From the human T2T-CHM13v2.0 reference genome, Homo sapiens: a stretch of 64,000 bases of DNA. How positions within the stretch are numbered: position 1 is the stretch's first letter; the number at the start of each line of letters is the position of its first letter. This document shows positions 1-13,159 of the stretch, in pieces. The notes beneath the pieces were generated by a model. It worked only from the letters and a program-made list of their open reading frames with translations, was not told the origin of the DNA and ran no database searches. A program made the translations under genes and the position numbers. Location: the NCBI RefSeq assembly GCF_009914755.1, contig NC_060928.1. One strand, 5' to 3'.

Positions 1-1344
1 AAATTTGATTTCTTAAAGATTTGGTAGCCTCATGTCTTCTATACTGAATGGAGGAGTGTCCTAGTTAAAAAGATGGGACAGGTAAAAAGCATATGTTAAT
101 ATTTCCAAAAGTTATTCCTCTATGTAATTTATGTCGAAACCTTAATACTAGTAGTCAAGGGTGCAGCCCTTCTAGTAAAAATCCTGGGTGAATTTAGGCC
201 TGTCCTTTTTTCTGGATCCCGGTTACTCATGTATAAAATGGTATAGATGATAAGAGAAGTCCTTTCCAGCATAAAATTCTGTGCCTCTGAAATGATATAT
301 TGAAGTTTACTCCATCTACTAAAGAACTACTTTCTATAGGTATTTTAAAATGAACAAAAATGAGATGCCTATCTTCTTCCAGTTTTTAATTTCATGATTG
401 CCTGTGGGGTTTTGCCAATACTCATTTTCTTTGTTAAAGTTACAAATGATTATATTTTTATATGACTTTCCAGGCAATTCCACAGTCCTCAAATTTTTTC
501 ATGACCTATCATTTAAGAAAGAAATGATAGATTATCAGTCCACAAAATTGACAGGGTTTCTCTTTGAGAACAACCAGATAAATAAAATTACATATGGTCA
601 ATAATTTCAAAATCAGCTCTAAACAATTCATATTTCAAAATAGTACTTATTGAGTTACTTGTTTTGAATATCTTGGAGACCAGCCCTGCTTTTGTTGACA
701 GTATTTCTGGGAATGTTGACATTCCAGCAGCAGCACCCATCAGTTTAGGGGTAAGTGTTTGGAGTATGGGATGGTATAGGAGATTGTAACTCACCCTCTA
801 TAAAGTCTGCTAATCTGGTTTTACCTGATTCTAGTTCTTATGAGGTTTTGAAGGGAAAGCCCGAGTGTCAGCCTTGAGCAAAGTGTTAGAGTTGAACTAT
901 AAAGCCTTCAAAAACATACAGAATTATAATTACGATGGGTGAAATTTTAAATGGTTGAAGGCTCATTTTGTGTAAACATGTTGAAACCTGACTTGATTTA
1001 AGCCATTTCTCTTAAATATAGCCAGAAAACTTTACAATGTCATGTTTCTGGTGTCATGTCTACTACTGCTATTTGCTGCCCAAACAGTTGGCAAAATTTC
1101 AATAAGAGATTTGCCTGAGTCTAAAAGTTGTCCCTGGGAATAGAATAGGACAATACAATGAGACTGTGTGTTATATTCTCTGGGGGTAAGTAATATAAAA
1201 ATTCAATAATAATTAACAACAAAAAGTTGGAATTTTTTGTTTGGTTTTATTTCTAAAAATAAAGTCTTGTCAAGCGAGCTTTATATTTTTCCTCATTTGG
1301 TAGGCCTGGCAATTGTCAATTAAATGGGTACTATGTTGGGCGAC

Positions 1345-1695
1345 ATCATGACTCCCTGCCTCTGTCCGTGCTAGTCCTTCTGTCCAGACTGTATACACCT
1401 TCCTCAATCCTTCATCGTCTCTCTCCTCTTTTCTCTATATGACTAACTCCAACTCATTCTTTAAGATTCATTTGGAAAGTTGCTTCTGGCAGGTGACAGC
1501 TTCTCTAGACAGATTTTGTTATTTTTCTTCACTGTGTTTTCATAGCATTTTTATATTGATTTTGTAATATGCATCATATCATGTTGTAAGAACTCTCCTG
1601 ACTGGAAAATTATCATACGTGAAGCCATAACATTTCTTGCCTTTCCCATAGTACATTGAACATAGTAAACACTGAAAAAAATGACTAAGTGAAAA
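1345..1695 (+). mobile_element. L2 LINE 3' fragment (highly diverged)
   Basis: Pyrimidine-rich L2-like body (aactcattctttaagattcatttgg) ending in an L2-type terminus (catagtaaacactgaaaaaaatgactaagtga). Boundaries approximate. Confidence 0.5.
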
Positions 1696-2616
1696 ACTTC
1701 ATTCATAAGGGTAGTTTGTATGTCAGATCAAAGGCTTGTTTCCACATCTGCAAGAAAATACTTAGGTTTATTATGATTGTAATGTTAAGTGATTGTAGTA
1801 CTTGCCTACATAGAGTCTTAAGCCTGAAAAAGAAGGTGGAACAGAAAAGTGACTTATGACAAATCAGATTTAATGTAGTTTAAACGTATTCGTGGGGATG
1901 GGGTTTGAGGTAGAAACAACCCAAGAGTACGATCCTTGAACTTGTTATAAACCACAACAACGAAACACAACGAAAACTAAAAGTCTCACACTAAACCTAC
2001 AAAACCCAGTTTAGTCCTTCCTTCTGGAAAGAACTTTAAAGATCATCCAACTTACTGTTTTACCCACTTTTTTCTATGAAGATGGTTCAGCAGCTACCCA
2101 GATTGACTGACACTGACCAAAGGATGAATATCTGGTGTCCCGCATATGCTTCCAACATCAAGGTCAACTTTCATTGTGTGTTTTATTAGCTCAAGACTAC
2201 CTCCCATTCTTGATTTTGGGGTACTTACATGTTGTTTCTGACCTCCATAGGCTGATAAGCTTCACTGATTTACACATTAAAAAATATTGCAGAACCCATG
2301 TGTTTCTAACTTGAGTAGATCCCCTACTTTTTTGTTCCCAGATTGCCCTAGGAACACAAACTTCTCTCCTGACTTATGCTTCTGCTCAGCTCCAGCCAAT
2401 ACAAAACTTCTGTGAGGAAAGGGAAAGCAGAGAACTTTCCAGCGCTTGCTATAGTTTTTTTTCTCAAGAAAACACAGTTCTCAATAAGAAGAACTCTAGT
2501 GTCAAACTGAGGGTAATGATATTTTCTTTGCTCATTATGCTGGTTTTCAATTGAGATACATATTGGAATTCAACAGGATATTTCATGTGAAGAAAGAGTA
2601 TTTACAGCTTCAAAAT

Positions 2617-2743
2617 TAAATGATGAGTTAATGGGTACAGCACACCAACATGGCACATGTACACATATGTAACAAACCTGCACGTTGTGTACATGTACCC
2701 TAGAACTTAAAGTATAATAATTTAAAAAAATTTAAAAAAAAAA
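2617..2743 (+). mobile_element. L1PA extreme 3' end fragment with A-rich tail
   Basis: aaatgatgagttaatgggtacagcacaccaacatggcacatg...gtaccctagaacttaaagtataataa is the L1PA 3' UTR terminus. Confidence 0.92.
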
Positions 2744-2994
2744 CCCTCCCAACATCCACCCCCCCCCCTCCCCGGCAAAAAAAAAAAAAAAAAAAAAAAA
2801 GAAAATCCTTAAGTAGTTTGGGTTTCAGGACATAATTTCCATTGCACTAGATGTGCAAGGTACAATAAAATATGTCATTCTTTACATAGATTCAATCATG
2901 TTTAGATGTTCTATTTTCCATAAGAGATTAAATCCATAAAATAAAGATATAATTCATACATGAGAAAATAACAGGGAAATCCTGTTTTACAAGT

Positions 2995-3059
2995 TATATC
3001 TATATATATATATTTACACACACACACACACATATACACACATATATATATATATATAT
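2995..3059. repeat. Compound (TA)n/(CA)n microsatellite
   Basis: Directly visible dinucleotide runs. Confidence 0.95.
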
Positions 3060-3125
3060 GCTATTCTAATTAAATTCTCAAGCCTCACTCACTGGAAGGC
3101 ACAAACATTAAAATCCATACTTAAA

Positions 3126-3431
3126 GGCCAGGCGCGGTGGCTGACGCCTGTAATCCCAGCACTTTAGGAGGCCAAGGCGGGCGGATCATGAGGTCAGGAG
3201 ATCGAGACCATCCTGGCTAACACGGTGAAACCCCGTCTCTACTAAAAATACAAAAAATTAGTTGGGCGAAGTGGCGGGTGCCTGTAGTCCCAGCTACTTG
3301 GAAGGCTGAGGCAGGAGGATGGCGTGAACCTCGGAAGCGGAGCTTGCAGTGAGCTCAGATCGCGCCACTGTACTCCAGCCTGGGAGACAGAGCAGCGAGA
3401 CTCCATCTCAAAAAAAAAAAAAAAAAAAAAA
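3126..3431 (+). mobile_element. AluY, full length
   Basis: AluY diagnostics (gagatcgagaccatcctggctaacacgg, atggcgtgaac, gagcttgcag); poly-A tail; perfect 16-bp TSD aaaatccatacttaaa (3110-3125 / 3432-3447). Confidence 0.97.
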
Positions 3432-4104
3432 AAAATCCATACTTAAAATGTCTTAGTTTTAGATATTTGCTAATGTAAGACCTCTGGCTGCTGGAAAATT
3501 TTGAATATGCTCAGAAGCAAATCTTATTCTACTCTCAAATCTAGCTTCCTTGAGAAAGTATGCTTTCTGCAGTCCACTTGCAAGTGGACTACCCCTTCCA
3601 CTGGTGCTCTGCATGGGATTGTGTGTTGGCTGGGTGCCATCATCTGTTTGGATTTCACACTAGGCACCTCCATTCTTGCCTGCTGGCCAACCTTGGACCT
3701 CAATACCAGTGGGGATCTATGATGGTTGTGGAAACAGTGAGCCTACTGCCACATTTTGTCGCTTGAGCCAGGAAACCACGTTAGCACGTAGAAAAACAGA
3801 GAATTTCATCTAAATATCTTCTTCAGTATTTGCTTTAATTCTTACCACCACTGGGGATAAAAAGCATGTTATACTGACTGAAAAAAGACACTCTCAATTC
3901 TCCGTTTTCACTTCCTTTTCCTAGACTAGCCCTAATGTCTGGGTTCTCTCTTTCTGTCTCTCTTTTCTCCTTCAGCCTGAAAGTAAAATACCTTCTGCCC
4001 ACCCACAACACATGCAAATAGCTTTCTGGAGTAGTCATCATCCCACTGATTAGGCAAACTGATTCTAAATTAGTTCGGGCTGGGTACAACTGGAACATCC
4101 AGTT

Positions 4105-4310
4105 GCATTTATGTTTTTATAGCATGCTACCATTTATAAAGTGCTTTCATGTACTCAGTTCTCTTATTAACCCTAAAAAATACTAGGCCCTTATCTATCA
4201 CCAATTTACAAACAAGGAAATTAAGGTATGAAGAGGCCACATAGATTGCCCAAGTCACAGAAGGAGTTAATGGTACATCTGTCACTTCAACTTAGGTCTC
4301 CTGGCACTCA
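4105..4310 (-). mobile_element. MIR SINE
   Basis: Core motif ccaatttacaaacaaggaaattaagg...ttgcccaagtcacag, antisense to the MIR consensus. Confidence 0.7.
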
Positions 4311-5023
4311 TAGTCAGTGATGATGATCGAATAACCTTGGCGTAGAGTGGTCTTTGAGGACTGGATTTAGTTACAGGCATTCTTCTTCCTCTTTTAGCCA
4401 CATTTTCTTTTCTTTTTTTTTTCTTCCAACCTCTTTACACCTACCGCCTCCCCAACTTATTTTTCTTTATGTTCAGCTGCTTAGAAACATGATCGAGGGA
4501 AGAGGGAGAGTAGAGAGAGAAGAATCATCTGCTAAACCTGTGTTCCCATATCCCTTGAATGTTTACTTGGTAGGCTTCTAGGACCATTACGTTGAGACCT
4601 GAAAGTTTGGTTTTTGTAATACATAATGGGACCTCGAGGAGTATCCTTGGGGGACATCCCAGCTAGTAGTTACCTGTGGAACATTTGTTATTGGCAGACA
4701 CAATAGCTACCAGGGGCCTGTTCTGAGCTTACTGGGAGTAGATACTGTTTCCTGGATTTCCCACAATGCTCTGCACAGTGCTAGGCAAAATTTTAAAATG
4801 AATGATGAGAGTGGATGATGTTCACGCTCTACAAGATTGGGAGGGTAAGAACACATGGCTGTGAAAATTGAATAAATAAGTGTTTTGATTTGTCACTCAT
4901 ACTACCTAGACTAAAGAACTATAGAAAAGTGTAACATAAAGGTCTTGGGAAAGAAAATTTATTATATCAGTGTATATTGCCAAAATAATAAAGTGATATA
5001 TAAGACATATTTTCATTTATTTA

Positions 5024-5382
<359 letters not shown>

Positions 5383-5655
5383 CATTTTTTTTGGAGGCCT
5401 ATCTATTGAAGCAAATCAATTAGCAGAATATACATTGGCCAAGATCAGCCCTCACATTCTCATGTATCAGGCTGACAATTTTAAGTAGGTACTATTTAAC
5501 GGACACATAGAGTAAGTTTTTAGTTCTTATTTTGATGTTTTACATAAATAGTCATTTAAATAATATATGTTAATTTATTATAAAAATTCAAACTATACAG
5601 AACAGTAAGGGAAGAAAAAATATTAAAAGGGCTTATCCCCAGTCTACATTTTTCT

Positions 5656-5951
5656 TTTTTTCTTTTTTTTTTGAGATGGAGTCTTGCTCTGTCGCCCATG
5701 CTGAAATGCAATGGTACGATCTTGGCTCACTGCAACCTCCGCCTCCTAGGTTCAAGCAATTCTCTGCCTCAGCCTCCCTAGCAGCTGGGATTACAGGTGC
5801 CTGCCACCAAGCCTGGCTAATTTTTGTATTTTCAGTAGAGACAGGGTTTCACCATCTTGGCTGGACTGGTCTTAAACTCCTGACCCCGTGATCCACTCGC
5901 CTCAGCCTCCCAAAGTGCTGGGACTACAGGCGTGAGCCACTGCGCCCAGTC
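5656..5951 (-). mobile_element. AluS (Sg7-like)
   Basis: Antisense Alu with aattctctgcctc and caccatcttgg variants; 16-bp TSD cagtctacatttttct (5640-5655 / 5952-5967). Confidence 0.95.
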
Positions 5952-6559
5952 CAGTCTACATTTTTCTAAATGGAAGATTTTAGTGAGAATTCAGAGGATT
6001 TTGTAGTCATTCCTTTTTTCAGTGTTGTTTTGGGGAGCAAGGGAGCTGACAACTATCCTATTAGACTCTTCTGTTTCATTTTTTAACTTTGCTTTTTGAG
6101 ATTTATGGCTTCACTTTGTTCTTGTGTCCTTATTTGGTTGCTGCTTATAAAAGAATTCTTTTTCTTTTTCTTCTTGATTTAAAGCTATTTTTGTTCATTT
6201 TATTAGTCTGGGGGAGGGTGATGTTATGGTGCTGCATAGTTTGTTTTTTGTTTTGTTTTGTTTTGTAACCCAAAAACTCGTGTTTGGCTTGCAAAGCTAA
6301 AACGTAAAGTGGACCGATGTTTCCAATATCAATTTTGACCCTGTGTTTTGCCTCTTCAAGATTTAAGATTAACTTGGAATGCTTGTACAAGTAAAGGAAA
6401 AATGTTACATTCTGAGTCAATCAAGCTCTGATCAGCTGGAAGAATTAATAAAACCAATCTCTGAGCTGCATTGTCATCTTGAAAAATAATGAGTTTTCAG
6501 AGTTTAACCAGTGCATTATATGCATATGCATACATGTCTATGTACAGAGTTTCACGTGT

Positions 6560-6956
6560 CACATGTTTCTAGGGGAGGTACTACCCACATTTCCCTTTGG
6601 TGAAGGACTTGCTGCCCCAGCATCTAGGTGTGCTCTCAGCGCTTCAGGAATTGCCTCACCTGCTGAGAGCTACCAAAGTCACACCCCTTTCCCAGTCCGC
6701 CACATCTGGTGGCTGATCTACGTGGGAGAATAAAAGTCTGACCCTTTGACCCACTGAAGGATGACTCTGGCTTCAGAAGTCTTCATAGGGTCGGTAAAAC
6801 CTGTCATTAGGCCTGCTGCTCTCCCCACTCCAGCTTTCCTCCCCTCTCTTTACAGGTGTTGATCCCAAGGGAACTCTCTAATAAACAGTTTATTAGAGAT
6901 GCCAATAAACTAAACCTCGCTCTCAGAATCTGCCTTGGAAAACCTGATCAGTGACA
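6560..6956 (+). mobile_element. ERVL LTR, LTR16-family solo LTR
   Basis: acaggtgttgatcccaagggaactctctaataaac...ctcagaatctgccttggaaaacctgatcagtgaca matches my recollection of the LTR16A 3' end; 5' boundary approximate. Confidence 0.7.
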
Positions 6957-9029
6957 AAAACATACTGTGTGCCTTCCTCTCAACAGCCAATTTCTCTGTG
7001 TCCCACTGTGTAGCGGCATTTCATTTGGTGGGTTTAGCTCAACACTTAGCCCTGGCGTGAATCCTTTATCTAAACCAGTCAGGCTCTTCCTATCTAACTA
7101 GCAATAGCCAAATGTTCAGATAATCCAGGGTTAGTAAGTGAGCATGTTACAGTTGCCTGATCACGGGCATTGATTCAGGGACAGTCCAATCAGTGTGAAT
7201 TTCAGGACTTTGGTGATTGTAGAAATTAATACTGCTGGCTTGCTCTTGAGATATGAACAATATTGCCCCCAATAGCTGCTAGTCTCCACCTTCCAACAAT
7301 ATTGGGAAACAGCTTGAAGAAGATGCTAGCACACAAAGAAAAGACTAACTGAAAGAGATATTCAGAAAATAAGCTAGGCCCAGATGGAACTATGCCGGAA
7401 TCCTGTCCTGCCAGCATGGGTGCAAATGGTTCATGAGGATGGCAATTTTTTCTCCTAACAAGCAACATTTCAGAAATAGCAAATTAAATGGCTCTGGGTG
7501 CTCTCAAAGGTTAATTGAGAAAGTGTAATTTTTAGCCTATGAGCTGGTTAAGGGAACAAACCTGGTAATGTTAAGAATAATCATTGTTGCCCTATTATGT
7601 GAAAGTCAGACCTACATAAAGAAACACAAAAAAATTGCATATAATGGATCTCTCAAGCAATTTGGCCACATATATTTGTTGTATATTTGTCATAATTTTA
7701 TTGCTTTTACCTTGGAGCCATTGCAGATGCTTAGTAATTATATTAGTGAGGCAATGGAAATTTTTTTTCGTTCTTTCTCTTTTATCCATTAAAGTAAATT
7801 GTTAGGGAGAAAAAAGGTTTAACACAATATGAGTACCTTAATGGTGATTCCTTTATAGTTCAGTGACACTAGGAAAATGCAGTATGTGTTGTTTTCTTTC
7901 TCAATTGAATTTTGCTTAAGGGGAAATTTAGTATTGAGTTTTTATTTAAAGGAATGTGGAACACGGATATAGGTGTAAGACTTTGGTCTCTTTGTGGGTA
8001 CATTTTGCAGTATTGTATTTTTAATTTTATTCTGTTTCATTTATTGTAAGAAACAATGTACACATGCAGATGGAAAACACTGGAAGCTTAGTGATATTCA
8101 GCTAACAAAATGAGTATGATATTTTCTGGAGATCTAGCTCAAAATTATGTATATAAATGAACAAAGGACAGAAAAAAAGACCAAAAGTAGCAAGAGGGTA
8201 AAAACATTCATTATTGAGGTATGCATGTGTGTGTATATATTTTACATATATATAATACAAAATTCAGCAAAAATGATTCCTTGACGAAGAACTAAAATCA
8301 GAGAGAAGCAAAAACTCTTGCTGACTGATGATTCAACAGACTGCAAATAACTTTTCCACAGTACGCTTGGTAATTTATAGACAGAAAATGGTTTCAATTA
8401 TTTTCTGAATGAAATCCCATGTGAACTCTGACATGGAAAATGAGAATCTAAAATGTTACTGAATATTACCCTGAAAAGCTTAAGAGTACATGAAATGTAA
8501 AGTTTTTAAATACCTTACCTTGATATACTTTATTTTGTTTTTAGAGGAGAAAGTCTGGTTTGCCAGAGGGAAAATAGAAACTAGGTGGTATTACTACTTT
8601 AGAAGTTTTTCTTTTATTCAGTTGCATTTTGTTTGGGGTTCCTAATAATAGCATGGTTTTTTTTCAAATAAAAAAGGAATGCACAATATATTGGATGGTA
8701 AATTTTCTGATAATAACATTAATTGATAAAGATTACTCAGGAAACTTAATTTACATTTTATATCAATTTCAGACCACTCTAGGCAATGGAAAGAGAAAAG
8801 ATAATGTAAAATTTCTACCACAGAGGCAATTGCACTATTACAGTGTTAAATATTGAGCATATATTCTAGGTTAACCAATAAGAAGGTAATATAAAAGTGA
8901 ATGAAATAAAGGAAAGATAATTGTTTGCTGGCTTAATATATAGAAGTTTTAATATATAGAAGTTTTAATCTAATTACTTAAAATTACTCAGTGGTTTTTT
9001 ACTTCTTATGAAATATATTCCCAAGTCTA

Positions 9030-9330
9030 TCACTGGCATTTAACCTCTCTCAAGTATTCCCAACCTAATCTTCTAAACATATCTCCTTCCACAGATCCTC
9101 CTCTCCAGCCATGCTAGACTACGCCTTATCTCACCACCGTGCCTTTGTTGTTTTTGTTTCTGCTCATGGGAAAAATGTCTTCTGTAATCGTTAGCCAGAA
9201 CACTTTCTTCCTTCTACAAATTCATATAACACGTTTGATAAGGTGAAAGAAACATTATTTTACTAAACACTCCAGAATTCATCTGAGGAAAGTCTCTGTT
9301 TGTGCATAGAAAACAAAGAATCTTTGATAG
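9030..9330 (+). mobile_element. L2 fragment
   Basis: ctccagccatgctagactac...gtgcctttg...aatgtcttc resembles the L2 3' region. Confidence 0.45.
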
Positions 9331-9887
9331 AATAACTGAAGAAAACAGTGAGACCTTGAGGGGATAGATTTCCAGAGTTACGGAAATAGACTCATGAGTT
9401 AAAATACTCTGACAAGAATAAGCAGGAAGAGAAGGAGAGAAAAGAGCAGGGAGTGTGGCAGGGGTGTGTGTTGGGGTATGGGGTTCAATAGAAAAGAGAA
9501 AGTAAATGCATGTAAAACATGGCAGATTTATGTTGGAAATTTTAAAAGCTGGCATATCTGATATTCTATTTTAAATTATGTTTCTGTGATATTCAAATGT
9601 GTAAATTCAAGAGATTCTACTCTACACAAAAGGCGTTTTGAACGTTTTCTTTCTCTTTTATTTTGAGATAGAGTATAAAGTCTATATTTGTTTAAATGGC
9701 AATAAGGAAATTAATAAAGAGCCTTAAGATTTAATGCAAAAAGTAAAATTCATAAAAAGCAGGAAATAGGAGCTAGAGGTGGATAAAGAAGTATCTTTTC
9801 CTTAAAATTTAGCCAGATTCTTAAGGTTAACATGAACTTTCCACTGGCACACACTGATAGAATTGCTACCCCTTATTGTAGGATGGC

Positions 9888-10266
9888 TGTCTTTTCTATT
9901 TGGGCTGGTATAACAGAATACCATAGACTGAGTGGCTTATGAACAATAGAAATTTAATTCTGTTTTGGAGGCTGGAAAGTCCAAGGTCAAGGTGCTTGCA
10001 GATTCAGTGTCTGGTGAGAGCCACTTCCTCGTTTATAGATGGCTGTCTTCTTGCTGCATTTTGCATAGTAGAAAGGTCAGGGAGCTTTCTGGGGTCTCTT
10101 TCATAAGGGTACTAATACCTTATGCCATTCATGAGGGTGAGTGCTCATGACCTAATTACCTCCCAAAGACTCCACCTTCAAATACCTTCATATTGGCCGT
10201 TAGGTTTCAGAATACAAATTTTGGAAGGGAGGTTGGGGGTGGGGCATAAACAGTAAGTCTCTAGCA
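9888..10266 (-). mobile_element. MaLR LTR MLT1A0-like
   Basis: tgggctggtataacagaataccatagactgagtggctta...ggaggctggaaagtccaaggtcaaggtg...catgacctaattacctcccaaag; TG...CA ends. Confidence 0.88.
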
Positions 10267-10682
10267 GTGAACATCCATCTGTTTGCCTTTGGGCTTTCCT
10301 GGGTGTTAAGCAATCAGTGCTTAAACTGAGAAAGTCCCAGGTAAATGGAAATGAGTTGTCCATCCTAATAAGGCACAGGAAGACACCAACTGATACCCAT
10401 GTGCCACAGGAACTCTCTCTGGCATGCTTATGGCAACTAATACATTATATCTTGAATTGTTAGTTACTACTCTTTTTGTGAAATATGTAATAAAATGGTA
10501 AGATAACTTTTTTTGCAAAAAAAAAAAAGGGTCCATCTGATACACACACACACACATATAAATTTGAAATATATACATATTCCCAATTATCTAAAGAGTC
10601 TTTATTCTTAATAATTATTCTAGTAATGACTAAATACATTTTTGATACTCTTCTTTTGGAGTTATTCAGGTCACTGAATTCT

Positions 10683-10915
10683 CAGCTGGTTCTCAGCTGG
10701 TAGTGATTATGCTCTCTTTCTCTAGAGGACATTTGTCAGTGTCTGGAGACATTGTGATTGTTGAGACTCGGGGGAATGGAGAAGCATGGCTAATGGAATC
10801 TACTGGGTAGAAGCCAGAGATGCTGCCGTACAACCTACGATGTACAAGACAGCCTTCTACAACAAAGAATGATCCAACCCAAAATGTTAATAATGCCTTG
10901 GTTAGAAAAATCCTG
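10683..10915 (+). mobile_element. MER20 (hAT-Charlie MITE)
   Basis: ggacatttgtcagtgtctggagacatt...tgggtagaagccagagatgctg...acaacaaagaatgatccaacccaaaatgt. Confidence 0.88.
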
Positions 10916-11372
10916 ACTTATTATAGACCTTGAATATATTTTTCTACCCTAGTGTTGGCAAATGCTTGACTTGACATGAGGATTTGAAAGTTGAAACCCA
11001 TAAAAAGTGTAGGAGGAGGTGACACTTTGAAAGCCTGTTTTAAATCCTCTCTCCATGCCAAACACATCAATGAGAGGTAAAATAATTTTTAAAACATCAA
11101 AATAAATATCCATAAACAATATAAATATCTTTATGTACCAAAAGTGGAATAGAAACACCACACTATAGCCTGAGCTGGTGGGATCTAGCTTCAAAAGCAA
11201 ACAAAGTCAGCCAGAGTTTGACTCTGGGAGAAAACAAAATCCAAAATGCCCCATCCCAGGGGATCCAAGCCTGACTCAGCTCCTGAAAGCACTGAGGGCT
11301 TGTTGCAGCATTCCATTAGAAAGAATAAAAAGCTTCTTACTATCACTCTGAGTTACAGCTTTCATAAGGATC

Positions 11373-11720
11373 TATATTAGTCAATATAACCTAGATTATG
11401 ATATTGACAAGCAGCTCCAAAATCTACTGGTTTAAAAATGACAAAAGTTGATTTTGTGCTCAGCTACATATGCATCAGAGGCTGATAAGGAGTCTTCACT
11501 CATTGAGGTTTGTGTTCATTTTAGACTAAGGTTGATGTAGAAGCCTCTGCCTTTATATGTGCTGACATCTGCATTAAGATTAAAGGGCTCTAGAGGGTCT
11601 CACATTAGCTACTGTGTGCTTGGTAGTGAAATATCACTTTACGCTGGAAGTCATCGGCTAACACTGGTAACATGGTCTCATGGAGTACTATTCTATCATG
11701 TTGCTGGAAAGAGGGTTACT
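11373..11720 (-). mobile_element. Old MaLR LTR (MLT1K/L-like)
   Basis: tattagtcaatataacctagattatg...ctccaaaatctactggtttaaaaatgacaaaagttgattt is typical of an antisense old MLT1 end. Confidence 0.55.
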
Positions 11721-12019
11721 GCTTTAGTGAGTGCCACAGGCTCTTTATCTAAAGCTCTTTATCTAAAGCTCTGAGAAGTATGAAAAGCTAAGAACCAGGT
11801 TTACCAAGGTGCTTGCTTCAATGACTGGGTCTGTGTTAACTCCTATTTTATAACAGGATAGAAGCTTAGAGCTATCAATATGAGATCTTGTTATAATGTG
11901 GGGGTTTTGGTGAGTCCAGGATGACTACATATTATTATACAGGTGGAGGAGAGTGAAGAGAAAAAATATCCCACACTTAAGATCAGCTTGCAACCTATCA
12001 TCTCAAGCCACATGATGAA

Positions 12020-12365
12020 ACTCAGTAATATTTCCAGTTCTCCTTCTGAACAAATGGTAGGATTGCACAACCTTGGTATCACATAGTTAGGGCTGGAACG
12101 TGAGGAGTAAAATGATGTGTGTCACTTTCAGTTCACTATCAGATCTGGCACGTGATTTCCCCATATTTCTTTCTTTCCACCATAGAAGCAGGTAGATTCC
12201 AAATACTCTAGACTGCAACAGGCTGGCAGCTGAGTGAAGATCACATAGAGCGGATGCCTCTGTAGATCTAAGATGGACATGTAGCTTAAATGAGTGATCC
12301 TACCTACATTTTAATCCACTGAGGTTCTATTGTTATGCAGCCAAGATTACTGCATATCCTGAGGG
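12020..12365 (+). mobile_element. Old MaLR LTR (MLT1I/J-like)
   Basis: gatgtgtgtcacttt...gatggacatgtagc...aatccactgaggtt...ttgttatgcagc...tatcctga. Confidence 0.6.
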
Positions 12366-12383
12366 AAACAGTAGGTATTCAAG

Positions 12384-12982
12384 TGTTGGGGCACAGAAAC
12401 GGATACCCCAAAACATGGTGTTTTGACATGCTAAACTGAAGAAGAAGCCTCAAGTTCTCTGTGATCCCCTACCTCCTGTTTTTCAGTGCTCTGTCTCTCC
12501 CAAAGCACAGGATTATAATGTTCTCTAAAGATTTTTATCTGCCTGAAATCTGGACCTACCAAAGCAGAATACAATTACCTTTGGTTCCACACCTGAGTTT
12601 TCATTAACTGAACTCATATCACAGGAAGACTGCAGTCTGTCAACAAACCTGGACAGACTTTTGCCACAAACCATTGTCTGCTCTGTGGGCCCAAAAGACT
12701 TTGTCCCAGGCAATTGTATGTTCTTCAAGCTCATTGAATTCCAATAAAAATCATTTATTACCCCCACCTAAAGTCATTCACGCTTCCCTATTTCTGTTTC
12801 CCCTAAGAATAGGGAACATAACCATCTGTACCTCATTGCCTGGTAGGACAATTTCTCTGTGATTCTCTTCTATGAATGTTAATACATTTATACGTGTTTT
12901 CTCCTATTAATGTGTCTTTTATCAGTTGATTTTCAGTGAACCTCCAGAGGATGGAGGGGAAGTTTTTCCTTGGCTCCTTACA
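12384..12982 (+). mobile_element. ERV1 solo LTR, MER39/MER39B
   Basis: Starts tgttggggcacagaaacggataccccaaaacatgg, ends ccttggctccttaca; 4-bp TSD caag (12380-12383 / 12983-12986). Confidence 0.88.
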
Positions 12983-13039
12983 CAAGATATATTTATTGAA
13001 TGCTTAGCGCATTTTAAACCTGATGAGTGTTAAGCTAGA

Positions 13040-13157
13040 CTTTTATTTTTTTTGAGACAGGGTCTTGCTATGTTGTCCAGGCTGGTCTTGAACTCCTGGG
13101 TTCAAGCAATCCTCCCAAGTAACTGGGATTACAGGTGTGCCCCTCCGCACCTGGCTT
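13040..13157 (-). mobile_element. Free Alu monomer (FLAM-like)
   Basis: Single monomer gagacagggtcttgctatgttgtccaggctggtcttgaactcctggg...cacctggct; degenerate TSD aagctagactttt/aagctggattttt. Confidence 0.85.
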
Positions 13158-13159
13158 CA

